A stretch of 64,000 nucleotides of DNA from IMG/VR virus record IMGVR_UViG_3300037400_003286; one strand, 5' to 3'. The notes beneath the pieces are model-generated. The model ran no database searches and was not told the DNA's origin. It saw only the letters and a program-made list of their open reading frames with translations. Shown here piece by piece: positions 10,107-19,899 of the stretch. The translations under genes and the position numbers were made by a program. The stretch comes from a virus. Taxonomy: Duplodnaviria; Caudoviricetes. Each line of letters starts with the position of its first letter. Position 1 is the first letter of the stretch.

Positions 10107-10715
10107 ATGTTTGCAAGAACTTTAGACGCGAAAGGAACATACAAAATAGATAATGATACTGAAGTTATCGATCTTGCTGATGGAATATTCGATCCAAATA
10201 AGGCAATGACTCAGATTTGCAGTATATACAAGGTCAGAAAAGAATACGAAATGAGACCAGATCTTGTTTCTGCCGCACTTTATGGTACTACGGACTATAC
10301 TGAAATGATCCTGAAATATTCATTGATAAGCAACCCATTTGCAATAGAGAAGGATGACCTTATATACGGTGCATCAATGGCTGATATATATAATCCTGTA
10401 AAGGATACGGCAATAGACAGCACTGGCGTATTCGATGCAGTTAAGAATTATCACAAATACATAGATAAGAGCAAGGTTCCAGAAAAGCCTGGTTCTGATA
10501 AAGTAACAGTAAATATTCCTGGACCTAAGAAATCTGATTCAGAAGCCAATATATCAAAGACTGGAAATACTGGACTTACAGTTAAGGACGGTAAGATTTA
10601 TTTCGGTGACATAGACGATCAGATAACAAAGGTTGACTCATCAATAGTAAATTGCGCAACAAACGGAACATCACTCGGTGAATTCCTCAACGCAGCATTA
10701 AAGAACAGTAAATAA
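10107..10715 (+). CDS. gp53-like baseplate wedge protein (LysM-like)
   Basis: MRPDLVSAALYG...ILKYSLISNPF; likely start is the ATG at 10107 rather than 10065. Confidence 0.7.
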   Translation: MFARTLDAKGTYKIDNDTEVIDLADGIFDPNKAMTQICSIYKVRKEYEMRPDLVSAALYGTTDYTEMILKYSLISNPFAIEKDDLIYGASMADIYNPVKDTAIDSTGVFDAVKNYHKYIDKSKVPEKPGSDKVTVNIPGPKKSDSEANISKTGNTGLTVKDGKIYFGDIDDQITKVDSSIVNCATNGTSLGEFLNAALKNSK

Positions 10716-12346
10716 TGGCAATAGTATTAAATAACATAACAGACAGACCAGCCTCATATAATCAGTTACAAGAGGTTCAATCTCCTAATATCGTGAGACT
10801 TGTAGAAGACTCTGATATTCAGAAGACAATACGCTTTGATGAAATGTCGATAGACGATGGGCCAGATCCTACAACTGAGCAGGGAGGTAACAAGAAATTG
10901 GACGAATTAGGACTTGTTTATCCAATGATACGTATCAATGACATGATACTTTCAAGATCAAACATTCGTTCAATGACATTATCGATGACTGGATTCATGC
11001 CTACGATTTCATTGAATCTTATGTTTGATAATACGAATTTCCTTAGTAAGAATATGCCTAAGGATGGTGATATTATCTCAATATTCATACGTGTAGATAC
11101 TGCTGCCTTAACATACCTGAGAGATGATTTCGTTATCACAAGCTGTTCTGGCGTAAATGCGAACAGAGGTGAGATGAGTTCAAATGTATCATTAAGTGGA
11201 AGATTATTCATAGAAGCATTTGATTCTAGAACATCAATAGACGCATTTGCTGGTTCAAGCAAATTCGTTATGAAGGAACTTGCGAAGAAATTCGGTTTAG
11301 GATTTGCCTACAATGATTTTGATGATACGGATGACTTTATGAACTGGATACAATGCAGGGAGTCAACTCAAACATTCATTGAAAATGTTATGAGACATTC
11401 ATGGAAAAATGAGACATCATTCTTCAAGACATGGATTGACTTATACTATAACATCTGTTTTGTGAATGTTAATAAATTCCTACTTTCAACAGAGAATGAA
11501 GAAGAGGTTGATGTTACATTTGCAACCAATATCATGAACATGTATAATCAGTTAGCTGCTGATACATCAGTAGGAAGTGCAAGAATGTCTGTAAAAGTCC
11601 TGACAACAATGCCAGAATTCAAAAACACACCATTCTTCATAAGAAACTGGAGTCCTGTTAATAATTCATCAGCCATATCAATGTCAACTGGATACAGTAC
11701 ATCAAGTTTCACGTTCAAACACAATCAGAACATGATTAATGGTGGTGACTATAACTGTTTCGAGGAACTTACGAATATTCCAGCATATGACCAGAAAAAG
11801 ACTGATTCGTTCATACTTCTGAGAGGTAGAGCAAAATATGAAGCTGGTAAAAACCCAGATAATGAGCAAGCTCGTGTAAATCACGAATACATAGGAACAT
11901 ATAACAGAGCAGAATGGTCTGGTGTTGAATATGTTATGAGTGACGGTGATGATAAAAAGAATCCAAACGAATGGTCTGGAAATGTTCATAAGAACTATAA
12001 CAGATCACCTTATCATAACACACAGAATTTCAGCGAGTTAAATAAGATGTACATCAATGTTACATGTGAAGGTTTGAATCTACAGATAATGAAAGGTGAG
12101 AGAATACCTGTAATTATAGGATTCACAAACTCGTTTGAAAATGATATGTATAATGCAGCTACACCAAACGATGAGCCAAGAGAAATAAACAAATTCTATT
12201 CTGGATACTATATCGTTGACAGTGTTGAATATCTATATAATCCTATGTCGAATGAAGGTGTTTCACCATATACAACAAAATATGTACTCAAGAGAAGAGA
12301 ATGGCCTGCACCTGAGGCAATCGCAAAAGATAATAACGGTAAATAA
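10715..12346 (+). CDS. Baseplate hub protein (gp27/gpD-like)
   Basis: Between the gp53-like and gp5-like genes; C-terminal YSGYYIVDSVEY typical of hub proteins. Confidence 0.55.
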   Translation: MAIVLNNITDRPASYNQLQEVQSPNIVRLVEDSDIQKTIRFDEMSIDDGPDPTTEQGGNKKLDELGLVYPMIRINDMILSRSNIRSMTLSMTGFMPTISLNLMFDNTNFLSKNMPKDGDIISIFIRVDTAALTYLRDDFVITSCSGVNANRGEMSSNVSLSGRLFIEAFDSRTSIDAFAGSSKFVMKELAKKFGLGFAYNDFDDTDDFMNWIQCRESTQTFIENVMRHSWKNETSFFKTWIDLYYNICFVNVNKFLLSTENEEEVDVTFATNIMNMYNQLAADTSVGSARMSVKVLTTMPEFKNTPFFIRNWSPVNNSSAISMSTGYSTSSFTFKHNQNMINGGDYNCFEELTNIPAYDQKKTDSFILLRGRAKYEAGKNPDNEQARVNHEYIGTYNRAEWSGVEYVMSDGDDKKNPNEWSGNVHKNYNRSPYHNTQNFSELNKMYINVTCEGLNLQIMKGERIPVIIGFTNSFENDMYNAATPNDEPREINKFYSGYYIVDSVEYLYNPMSNEGVSPYTTKYVLKRREWPAPEAIAKDNNGK

Positions 12347-12349
12347 TAA

Positions 12350-14320
12350 ATGGCTATAACAGATCAAATATTAGGAATGGATGGTGGAGGATATGGTAAT
12401 ATCCTTAGTTCTGTCGGAAATATCGCTGGAAGTGCTGGAAGTATAATCAAAAAGATTAAAAGCCTCAGCGGTAAAGAAATGTCAGTAGGTGCTATAAGAG
12501 ATTATAACACTAACGGATTCCTTGCACAAAATAGTCTGTTTATACCAGAGTTCTTTGCAAGAGCGTTTGACGAACCAACATATCTGTCATTCAGGGTTGA
12601 ATTTATGTTCAATGATCCAGAAATGACAATAAGAAATACAGCATACAACAACCAGGGTATCAAAAAAAATGCAATAAGAACTGCGTTTTATGGTCAGATG
12701 TATGACTATATGCCAGAGCCTTTCCTGAATGATTTCTTTACAAGGGACGGTAAAGGTGCTATGACACCAACCGATACTTCTGTTGGTATATTGTATTCAA
12801 CAGAAAATTATCTTGATTTCAACCTTGGTGATCACGGAAGAGCTATGCTTCTGCATACATTCAAACGTGCATTAAAGGATATACAGGAAAACTTCCCTTA
12901 CTATTTCAAATCACTAAGCGGTATCGATACATTAACATCAATAAATCCAGAGGAAGGTATTCGTGTAAAGGAAGGTGAAATTATACTTGAATGTATGGAA
13001 GGTCTTGATCTTAAGATAACACAACTCCTTCAACTTTATAGAAAAATCGTATGGGATGACGTTTATCAAAGATGGGCATTACCTGATATGATGAGATTCT
13101 TCGGAATGAGAATATACGTTTCAGAAATAAGACTTTTCAGTGATGTCAAAAAAGAAAACGATTCACCTGAAGCATTAGATTTCTCTGATGCTGGAATCAG
13201 AAATATGACTTATCGAGGACAGGCTGAATCTGGTGGTGGTGGATTCTTGGGATTAGTAAACAAAGGTGCAAGCATATTAGGAAATGCAACAGCCGTATCT
13301 CAGTCTTTCTTAGGTACAAAAAGCGTGATAACAAAGGCACTTAACTATACATCTGGTACTGTCAATACAGCACTCGGAGCATATAATTCAATAGCTGGTG
13401 CTCTCAACCAACTTGAATATTGCAACAACGCTATAAATGAAGTGATGCCAACATTATGCTTTGAATGTCATATGTGTGAATTTGACATTAAAGATACATT
13501 ATCACATATAGCAGACTTAAGTTCATCAAACCAGGATACATCTTCACCAAAACCAAAAATAAAGATTAAAGTCGGTCAGGTAAGAGAAAAACAGTCATAT
13601 CCACTGAATGCAACATTGAAAGCTGGAAAGAACGGTTATATGAAAACCGTCATTGATAGAATTGATGAAGATGGTCAATTAGAAGGTACTTTAATCAATA
13701 TACACGATTTTGGACCTTTATTCCAAGCCAGAGATGGTAAAGCAGCATTTATGGGCAATTTCCTTAATGATGACGTGCTCAATAAGAAATATTTCCATAA
13801 AGGAATGGGTGATAGACAGAGTGATTACCTGTATAACCTCAGCGAGAATGTCGGTCAATCAAAAGCAAACACGATAAGTGTAAGAAGATTACCAGACAAT
13901 CTTGAAAATGATATGGATAAGATGAGTTATATACCTGAAAATTCATCTCAAGGTGCAGCACAGGCTGGTTTGTTCTCTACAGTAATGAATGAAGCTGTAT
14001 CAATAGCGTCACACGCTGGAGTAGGAAGTAATATAATCGGAACAAAGAGTCTTGCTACCGATCCTCAGAAAGAACAGGTTGAAACTATGGAAGCAATCGG
14101 AGAAATGATGAATGCAGCAGTAGAAAGAATATATAACGGACCAGAAATGAAATCTATGGCAGCACAAGGTGTATCAGATTCACAGCGTGCAGCAATAGCA
14201 AATAATTCGTTTGCTGCTTTCATAGATGAACTTGAACTTTCAGCAGCAACATCAGACGATTACTACATGAAGGAATTCCTCAGAAACTATCGTGTAATCA
14301 AAAACGAAGAACAACAGTAA
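12350..14320 (+). CDS. Virion structural protein, possibly tail-tube-fold baseplate component
   Basis: Long intact ORF within the baseplate operon; the fold assignment is inference. Confidence 0.35.
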   Translation: MAITDQILGMDGGGYGNILSSVGNIAGSAGSIIKKIKSLSGKEMSVGAIRDYNTNGFLAQNSLFIPEFFARAFDEPTYLSFRVEFMFNDPEMTIRNTAYNNQGIKKNAIRTAFYGQMYDYMPEPFLNDFFTRDGKGAMTPTDTSVGILYSTENYLDFNLGDHGRAMLLHTFKRALKDIQENFPYYFKSLSGIDTLTSINPEEGIRVKEGEIILECMEGLDLKITQLLQLYRKIVWDDVYQRWALPDMMRFFGMRIYVSEIRLFSDVKKENDSPEALDFSDAGIRNMTYRGQAESGGGGFLGLVNKGASILGNATAVSQSFLGTKSVITKALNYTSGTVNTALGAYNSIAGALNQLEYCNNAINEVMPTLCFECHMCEFDIKDTLSHIADLSSSNQDTSSPKPKIKIKVGQVREKQSYPLNATLKAGKNGYMKTVIDRIDEDGQLEGTLINIHDFGPLFQARDGKAAFMGNFLNDDVLNKKYFHKGMGDRQSDYLYNLSENVGQSKANTISVRRLPDNLENDMDKMSYIPENSSQGAAQAGLFSTVMNEAVSIASHAGVGSNIIGTKSLATDPQKEQVETMEAIGEMMNAAVERIYNGPEMKSMAAQGVSDSQRAAIANNSFAAFIDELELSAATSDDYYMKEFLRNYRVIKNEEQQ

Positions 14321-15075
14321 TGGATTTAAGTAAGGATTTTTTAGGAAGGGTAGCATTCAATGAGGATCCTACATTCTCTGGAAGATGTAAAATCCAGGTA
14401 TTCGGACTATTCGATACATTTGAGATAGAGAACATTCCCTGGTTTACACCTCAATATTCAACTGTGTTCAGTAGCGGAAACGGGTTCGGAAACCTTTCCG
14501 TACCAAAGGTAGGAACAATAGTTAGAGTAAGATTCCCGTTTGGAAACATATACTCTGGAGAATACAGCAATATACAGAATATCGATCCAGCACTTATCGA
14601 GGAAATAAAGGATGACTACCAGAATACACATGTGATGCTTTATGATTCAGAAAAGGATCTTATTGTCATATACCAGCCTATGACTGGATATAAAATGTGG
14701 CTTGGTGGATCGATGATTCTAATAGATGCAAACGGATCTATCCAACTTAAGCACAAGAATAACAGCAACGTTATTGAAGTAAATAACAATAACATCAACA
14801 TAGCAACTACTGGAGAAGGTGGAAGTAATGCTAATGGTGAAATCAATATCGCTGCTGGTGCTACTGTAAACATCAACGTTCCTACTGCAAATGTTAATGC
14901 AAGCAGTATCATGCTTGGTGAGAATGCTTCGGCGACTGCGGTAAAAGGAGAAAAGCTTATAAATGTACTACAACAGATAGTAACGGAGCTTAATACAAAA
15001 TATCCAGTAGGTGTTTCAACCCTGGCTGGAAGAGACTTTAAAGAGATACTTTCGGATACAGTTAAATTAAATTAA
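14320..15075 (+). CDS. gp5-like baseplate spike (OB-fold plus beta-helix, no lysozyme domain)
   Basis: DPTFSGRCKIQVFG...IPW...SVPKVGTIVRVRF, followed by beta-helical repeats. Confidence 0.75.
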   Translation: MDLSKDFLGRVAFNEDPTFSGRCKIQVFGLFDTFEIENIPWFTPQYSTVFSSGNGFGNLSVPKVGTIVRVRFPFGNIYSGEYSNIQNIDPALIEEIKDDYQNTHVMLYDSEKDLIVIYQPMTGYKMWLGGSMILIDANGSIQLKHKNNSNVIEVNNNNINIATTGEGGSNANGEINIAAGATVNINVPTANVNASSIMLGENASATAVKGEKLINVLQQIVTELNTKYPVGVSTLAGRDFKEILSDTVKLN

Positions 15076-15078
15076 TTA

Positions 15079-15108
15079 TAAGTTGTTGATTTTCAGCAAC
15101 TTATTTTA
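15079..15108 (+). terminator. Intrinsic terminator of the baseplate operon
   Basis: aagttgttga-ttt-tcagcaactt inverted repeat followed by a T-rich tract. Confidence 0.65.
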
Positions 15109-15232
15109 TTTTTATAAACACAATATATAAAATATTATTTAGACAAAATCTAAATTACATTTTTATTTCACTGATTATCAATGAGTTACAAACAAAATGA
15201 AAAAATATTTCGAAAAAAAGTTTCAAAAAATT

Positions 15233-15262
15233 TAATCGTTTTGCAAAAAGTTGCGTATAATA
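15233..15262 (+). promoter_or_regulatory. Class II promoter in a 375 bp AT-rich intergenic region
   Basis: TAATCGTT at 15233 and CGTATAATA at 15254. Confidence 0.65.
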
Positions 15263-15449
15263 AATTGAGGACAATTTGAAAATGATATTATATTTTTTAT
15301 TAATATTATAAATATTCTTAGAACGCAAAACGCCCGTCTAAAGTTAAACTTTTGATAAGAAATTCCTCTGAATTTTTATAGATCGATCCAGAAAAAAGAT
15401 AAATAGGAACGAGAAAGGATTCTCTTAAAAAAGAAAACAAAAACAGAAA

Positions 15450-16196
15450 ATGAATACTTTTTTAAATTTCCTCAAGAATATTTTTGTTTGGATCTTCAAA
15501 GACTGGAGAAATGTTGTTAGTATTGCTTCTCTTATTGCTGTGATCATATTGGCTTGCAAATATAGAAGTCTTAAGAGTGATTACAATGATATTCAGAACA
15601 GTGCTCAGGATACATTGACTGTATATAAGAATAAAGTCGGTGAACTGTATGCACAGCAGAAAACATACATTGTTGAAATCAAGGATCTGAAGAAGCATAA
15701 CCAGGAACTTTACGATGAAGTTAAGAATCTGAAAGATCATCCTATCGTCGTTACTAAGATAAAGACTGTGACGGAATACAAGGATAAGATAGTAAAGGAT
15801 ACCGTTACAATAGATCCATCTGGTAACTATACCTTCAATATGAATTACAATGATCCTTGGCTTAACCTGTCTGGAAAGTCTACATTAAACATAGAGACAA
15901 TGATAGGAACTGCAAAATTCGACTCCATATCATTCCCGAATACAATTACTGTAGATCTTATAGAAAAGAATAACCAGCTTTCATTCATCGCAAAGTCGGA
16001 TAATCCATATTGTCAGATAAATAGTTTAAACGGATCGATCCTGTCACCAGAGACATCATCCGTTCTGAAGAAGAGATTCGACAAGAAATGGGCTGTTGTC
16101 GTTGGAGTAGGCCCTACGTTGTCCGTATATGATAACAAGATTGTAATTCTTCCAGGACTACAGGTGACGATTGGTCGTAAATTATTTGCATTCTAA
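15450..16196 (+). CDS. Membrane-anchored coiled-coil protein, spanin-like candidate
   Basis: N-terminal TM segment with possible lipobox ILAC, coiled coil, C-terminal beta-hairpin ending in Phe; late promoter at 15398. Confidence 0.45.
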   Translation: MNTFLNFLKNIFVWIFKDWRNVVSIASLIAVIILACKYRSLKSDYNDIQNSAQDTLTVYKNKVGELYAQQKTYIVEIKDLKKHNQELYDEVKNLKDHPIVVTKIKTVTEYKDKIVKDTVTIDPSGNYTFNMNYNDPWLNLSGKSTLNIETMIGTAKFDSISFPNTITVDLIEKNNQLSFIAKSDNPYCQINSLNGSILSPETSSVLKKRFDKKWAVVVGVGPTLSVYDNKIVILPGLQVTIGRKLFAF

Positions 16197-18140
16197 ATGG
16201 CACTGAAGAGTAGATTTTTACAGATTAGTGATATTATGATGTTTGAGTACGTCATGCATGAGGGACCTAACAATGCAGACGAGTCAAACCCAACGTCTTT
16301 CATATATACAAAGCTGAAGGATAACCATACCCTTCTGCTTTCACCTATTTCATATGAGTGTGTCAAGACATCGGACGGAGAAAAGGATAAGTATAAAATA
16401 CTGAAGGATCCGCTGACTATCAATACACTCAACCATACGGTTATACCTACTGATGAAAAGGATTCCATGTTCTTCCACTTCCTTGATCCAGATTACAAGT
16501 ATGTGGATGAGTCGATTATGGATGAACTCTACTATAATCAGATTAAGCCAAGGATGTACAATAAGCACATGGTTAATCCTATCGAACCGAATGGATATCC
16601 TCTCAGTGACTATTATTCTGATATTACCGATGTCAGATGGGATTCTGCTAGATTGTATTTCGTTAACGGATATGATTTCAGCAATGTGTATGGTATATAC
16701 ATGAGAATATCTGTGAATGGTAACGATATAAAGGACAGTAAGGGAAATATCGTGGAGAGTGACAGAGTGATCGATCTTTGCGACATATTCATAAACAAGT
16801 CTAATTTCTATAAGCTGTGCAAGTATTCAGTTAATCCGACAATGTTCGGAAACAACATATACGACAGATATATTGAAGTCAATGTTGCATGCGTATGGGA
16901 TCTTATTCAGAACAGATATAACCATGAACATTATGACACTGAACTGTTTGAGATCCTTAACATCAAGGATGATACTCAAGTAAGGTTAAGCTTCGCATAT
17001 ATCATGGATGAGGATATGTCAACACGTATTCTCGATCTTAATGAATATACTGATGCTGATAAGGAGAAGTTCCCTACAATAGATACGGATCAGGTTGTTC
17101 TTGAATTCACTAGATCATCTGTACTTAACGGTACTATACCAAGAGTTGATCTTAATTCGGATAATCTCGGTGCTTATATAGCCGAATGTCAGGATATGCC
17201 TTATCTTATATTTTATGCTACATGGAGGGATAAGCCTCTGACTGCACATACGGTATGGTCGTTCAATAAAGGTATAAGGCTGTATGACAGATCACTTATC
17301 AGGGATGACTATGAAGAAGAAGTAAGTGATGATTATGAACCAGAATATGATATGAAGAAATGGCTTGTCATCCATGAAATAAAGTGTTCATTCTGTATGG
17401 GTGATCATGTAGTCAAGGAAGAGACATATTCAATGACTCAGATTTTCGTGAACGAGACAGATGCTGACAAGTTCTACTACAGACCTATCATATTTGATGA
17501 GGCTGTTGGATTGTATATAGACAATGTTCAGATTGTATATACGATGAGACTTGTTAACTCACATGACAAGATTCAGTTCGTGAAGGTTTCAACTTTGTCT
17601 CTTTATGGCAATATGTCAAAATACTATGTCAAGGGTACAAGCCTTAAGACTGCTGATTTGACACCATATAAGATTTACAATAAGATCATAGAACAGAAGC
17701 ATGAAAATGTACCAAGTGTAAACAATGTACAGAAGACAAAGTATGTAAAGGTATTCTATAATTCAACAGAAGTTGTGCTTGATGATCAGGGTAATGTCGT
17801 AAACGGTGAGTATAACTACACACTTACTGTAAGCCAGGCTCCTAAATCATACAAGTTTGTGTTCAAGACACTCGGTGCTAACGGCACGTATTCATATATG
17901 GATATGTCAAACGGATATTACAAACTTATGTTCAAGGATGAAGGAAAAGAAACTAATTTGATCGATCCTACATTCTCAACAAACATGAATCTGTATATCG
18001 GTGAGCTTGAATTCAATTTCAATATGACTATGCTTAACAAGATGGCTGCTGTACCAGAGGAAGACAGAAAGATGTCTATCGTTGCATACAACGAGGATGG
18101 TTCAGTAAGTTCTATGTTTGATTTCATGTATGTTATTTAA
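16197..18140 (+). CDS. Hypothetical late (probably structural) protein
   Basis: 647 aa intact ORF directly following the upstream late gene. Confidence 0.5.
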   Translation: MALKSRFLQISDIMMFEYVMHEGPNNADESNPTSFIYTKLKDNHTLLLSPISYECVKTSDGEKDKYKILKDPLTINTLNHTVIPTDEKDSMFFHFLDPDYKYVDESIMDELYYNQIKPRMYNKHMVNPIEPNGYPLSDYYSDITDVRWDSARLYFVNGYDFSNVYGIYMRISVNGNDIKDSKGNIVESDRVIDLCDIFINKSNFYKLCKYSVNPTMFGNNIYDRYIEVNVACVWDLIQNRYNHEHYDTELFEILNIKDDTQVRLSFAYIMDEDMSTRILDLNEYTDADKEKFPTIDTDQVVLEFTRSSVLNGTIPRVDLNSDNLGAYIAECQDMPYLIFYATWRDKPLTAHTVWSFNKGIRLYDRSLIRDDYEEEVSDDYEPEYDMKKWLVIHEIKCSFCMGDHVVKEETYSMTQIFVNETDADKFYYRPIIFDEAVGLYIDNVQIVYTMRLVNSHDKIQFVKVSTLSLYGNMSKYYVKGTSLKTADLTPYKIYNKIIEQKHENVPSVNNVQKTKYVKVFYNSTEVVLDDQGNVVNGEYNYTLTVSQAPKSYKFVFKTLGANGTYSYMDMSNGYYKLMFKDEGKETNLIDPTFSTNMNLYIGELEFNFNMTMLNKMAAVPEEDRKMSIVAYNEDGSVSSMFDFMYVI

Positions 18141-18174
18141 TCATTTTAATCAATTTAACGTATAATAATATAAA
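18138..18174 (+). promoter_or_regulatory. Class II promoter
   Basis: TAATCATT at 18138 and CGTATAATAATATAAA at 18159. Confidence 0.75.
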
Positions 18175-18197
18175 GACAAATTATATCTTATAAACAA

Positions 18198-19223
18198 ATG
18201 AAGAAGAAAACTGAAGAGGATTTAATGAGTGCATATGTTGCACAAGAGGAAACTCCTGTGACACAGAGTCCTTTTAAGGAAGCAAAGGTCGAGGTTGTAC
18301 AGCAGCCAGATGAGCCGCAAGTACCTCAGAAGACTATGGCTGAAATTGCTAGGGAAAACAGAACTCACGGTAAGGAAGGAATGCCTTTTACTGGAAACGG
18401 TTCTGGATTGAAATACAGAGACAACATCGGTTGGCTCAAGATTGACGTTAAGACACTTCCTACACAGGGACTTTTCTATCCAGACGGAATGGAAATCAGT
18501 ATCCGTGCTGCAAGAGGTGAGGAAATCAAGCACTGGTCAACAATGAACGATCAGGATATTAACCAGCTTTCAAGGGTTGATGATATTCTTAACTATATGA
18601 TCGAGAAATGCTGCAACGTCAAGAATCCTAACTATCCTGGAAACTGTTGGAAGGATTTGAAGAATGTTGACAGATTCTATATTCTTCTTGCAATCAAGGA
18701 GTTTACTTTCATCGATGGTGAGAATGAACTTATGGTTCCTATTTCTGAGGATAAGCAGATTCCTGTCGTAAAGGAAATGATTGACTTCATCAAGATTCCT
18801 GAAGAGATCATGAAGTTCTACAATCCAGATGAGAAATGCTTCATTTTCAATATCGCTGGTAATCCTATGAAGATTCATGTTCCTTCTCTCGGTGTAAACG
18901 ACTGGCTGAAGAAATATGTAGCACAGAAGATCAATGCTAAGGAAGGATATGATGAGGACTTCATCACATATGCTCCTATGCTTATCAAAGACTATCGTGG
19001 ATTAGGACAGAGAGCATACGAGGAAATGGTCGGTGCTTCACGTCTTTGGAATGTGAAGGAATGGTCTGTACTCGCTTATGTAACGGAAAAACTTGGTGGC
19101 GCAACTGAGCCTAAGATTAAATATACTAACGAGGATGGTGGGGAAGTGGAAATCCCCTTAACCTTTCGCGGAGGTATCCGCTCTCTTTTCGTGCTTTCAA
19201 ATCCGCTACTCTCAATATGTTGA
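18198..19223 (+). CDS. gp26-like baseplate hub/tail assembly chaperone
   Basis: LPTQGLFYP...ISIRAA..EE and L.NVDRFYILLAIK motifs typical of gp26-like chaperones. Confidence 0.65.
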   Translation: MKKKTEEDLMSAYVAQEETPVTQSPFKEAKVEVVQQPDEPQVPQKTMAEIARENRTHGKEGMPFTGNGSGLKYRDNIGWLKIDVKTLPTQGLFYPDGMEISIRAARGEEIKHWSTMNDQDINQLSRVDDILNYMIEKCCNVKNPNYPGNCWKDLKNVDRFYILLAIKEFTFIDGENELMVPISEDKQIPVVKEMIDFIKIPEEIMKFYNPDEKCFIFNIAGNPMKIHVPSLGVNDWLKKYVAQKINAKEGYDEDFITYAPMLIKDYRGLGQRAYEEMVGASRLWNVKEWSVLAYVTEKLGGATEPKIKYTNEDGGEVEIPLTFRGGIRSLFVLSNPLLSIC

Positions 19224-19500
19224 ACTGGAACTGGTGTTCGCAATGAAGCTTAACATCAGTCCTATCGAAATGGGACAGATGTACTTCTATGACATAATGA
19301 TGCTTTATAACAGATATGAAGCATTCTTGAAAGACGAGAAGGAAGCTCAGGACAAACAACAGGCTGAATACGAGGAACAATATGGAAATCCGCAGGATCA
19401 ATATTCAAATATACAAAGCCAGATTTCACAGGCCACAGCAAAGATGGGTTCTTTAACACCAAGCTCTATAACAAGCGGATTTAATTTTCCTAAATTCTAA
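19162..19500 (+). CDS. gp51-like chaperone segment, probably reached by +1 frameshift from the upstream gene (annotated GTG start at 19234)
   Basis: The +1 frame is open from 19162; ISPIEMGQMYFYD resembles the gp51/gpT-type motif; ACC-TTT-CGC shift candidate. Confidence 0.55.
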   Translation, partial: PFAEVSALFSCFQIRYSQYVELELVFAMKLNISPIEMGQMYFYDIMMLYNRYEAFLKDEKEAQDKQQAEYEEQYGNPQDQYSNIQSQISQATAKMGSLTPSSITSGFNFPKF

Positions 19501-19504
19501 TCAC

Positions 19505-19540
19505 AAAGGATCGATCTTTTAATAAGGTTGATCCTTTATT
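19505..19540 (+). terminator. Intrinsic terminator, followed by late promoter GATAAATA at 19541
   Basis: aaaggatcgatctt-ttaat-aaggttgatccttt. Confidence 0.65.
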
Positions 19541-19575
19541 GATAAATAGAAGGAACAAAACGTTTTTCATATAAG

Positions 19576-19899
19576 ATGGAGAAATTGAAAAAATACTGGA
19601 AAGAAATTGTAATAGTGATCCTTGCTATACTTTTCGTATCGAATTGTACAGGAAAGGGTAACTATAAGAGAAAATATGAGAAGCAGATGCAACAGACAGA
19701 ATATGTAAAGGATTCCCTTACACATGTGTTCAGTAATGCTTCACAACACATCGACAGCCTCAACAGTGAGATAAAGATGCTTAATAAGGAAATCGCATCA
19801 TTGAACAATGAGATTTCCATATATAAGGAACAGAACAATAAACTGGCAAACAAGCCTGTAATTGTTCGTGTAAACAATAATAACGGAGAAAAGAAATAA
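19576..19899 (+). CDS. Membrane-anchored or lipoprotein coiled-coil protein (spanin-like candidate)
   Basis: Basic N-terminus, hydrophobic stretch, then FVSNC and a heptad coiled coil. Confidence 0.45.
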   Translation: MEKLKKYWKEIVIVILAILFVSNCTGKGNYKRKYEKQMQQTEYVKDSLTHVFSNASQHIDSLNSEIKMLNKEIASLNNEISIYKEQNNKLANKPVIVRVNNNNGEKK

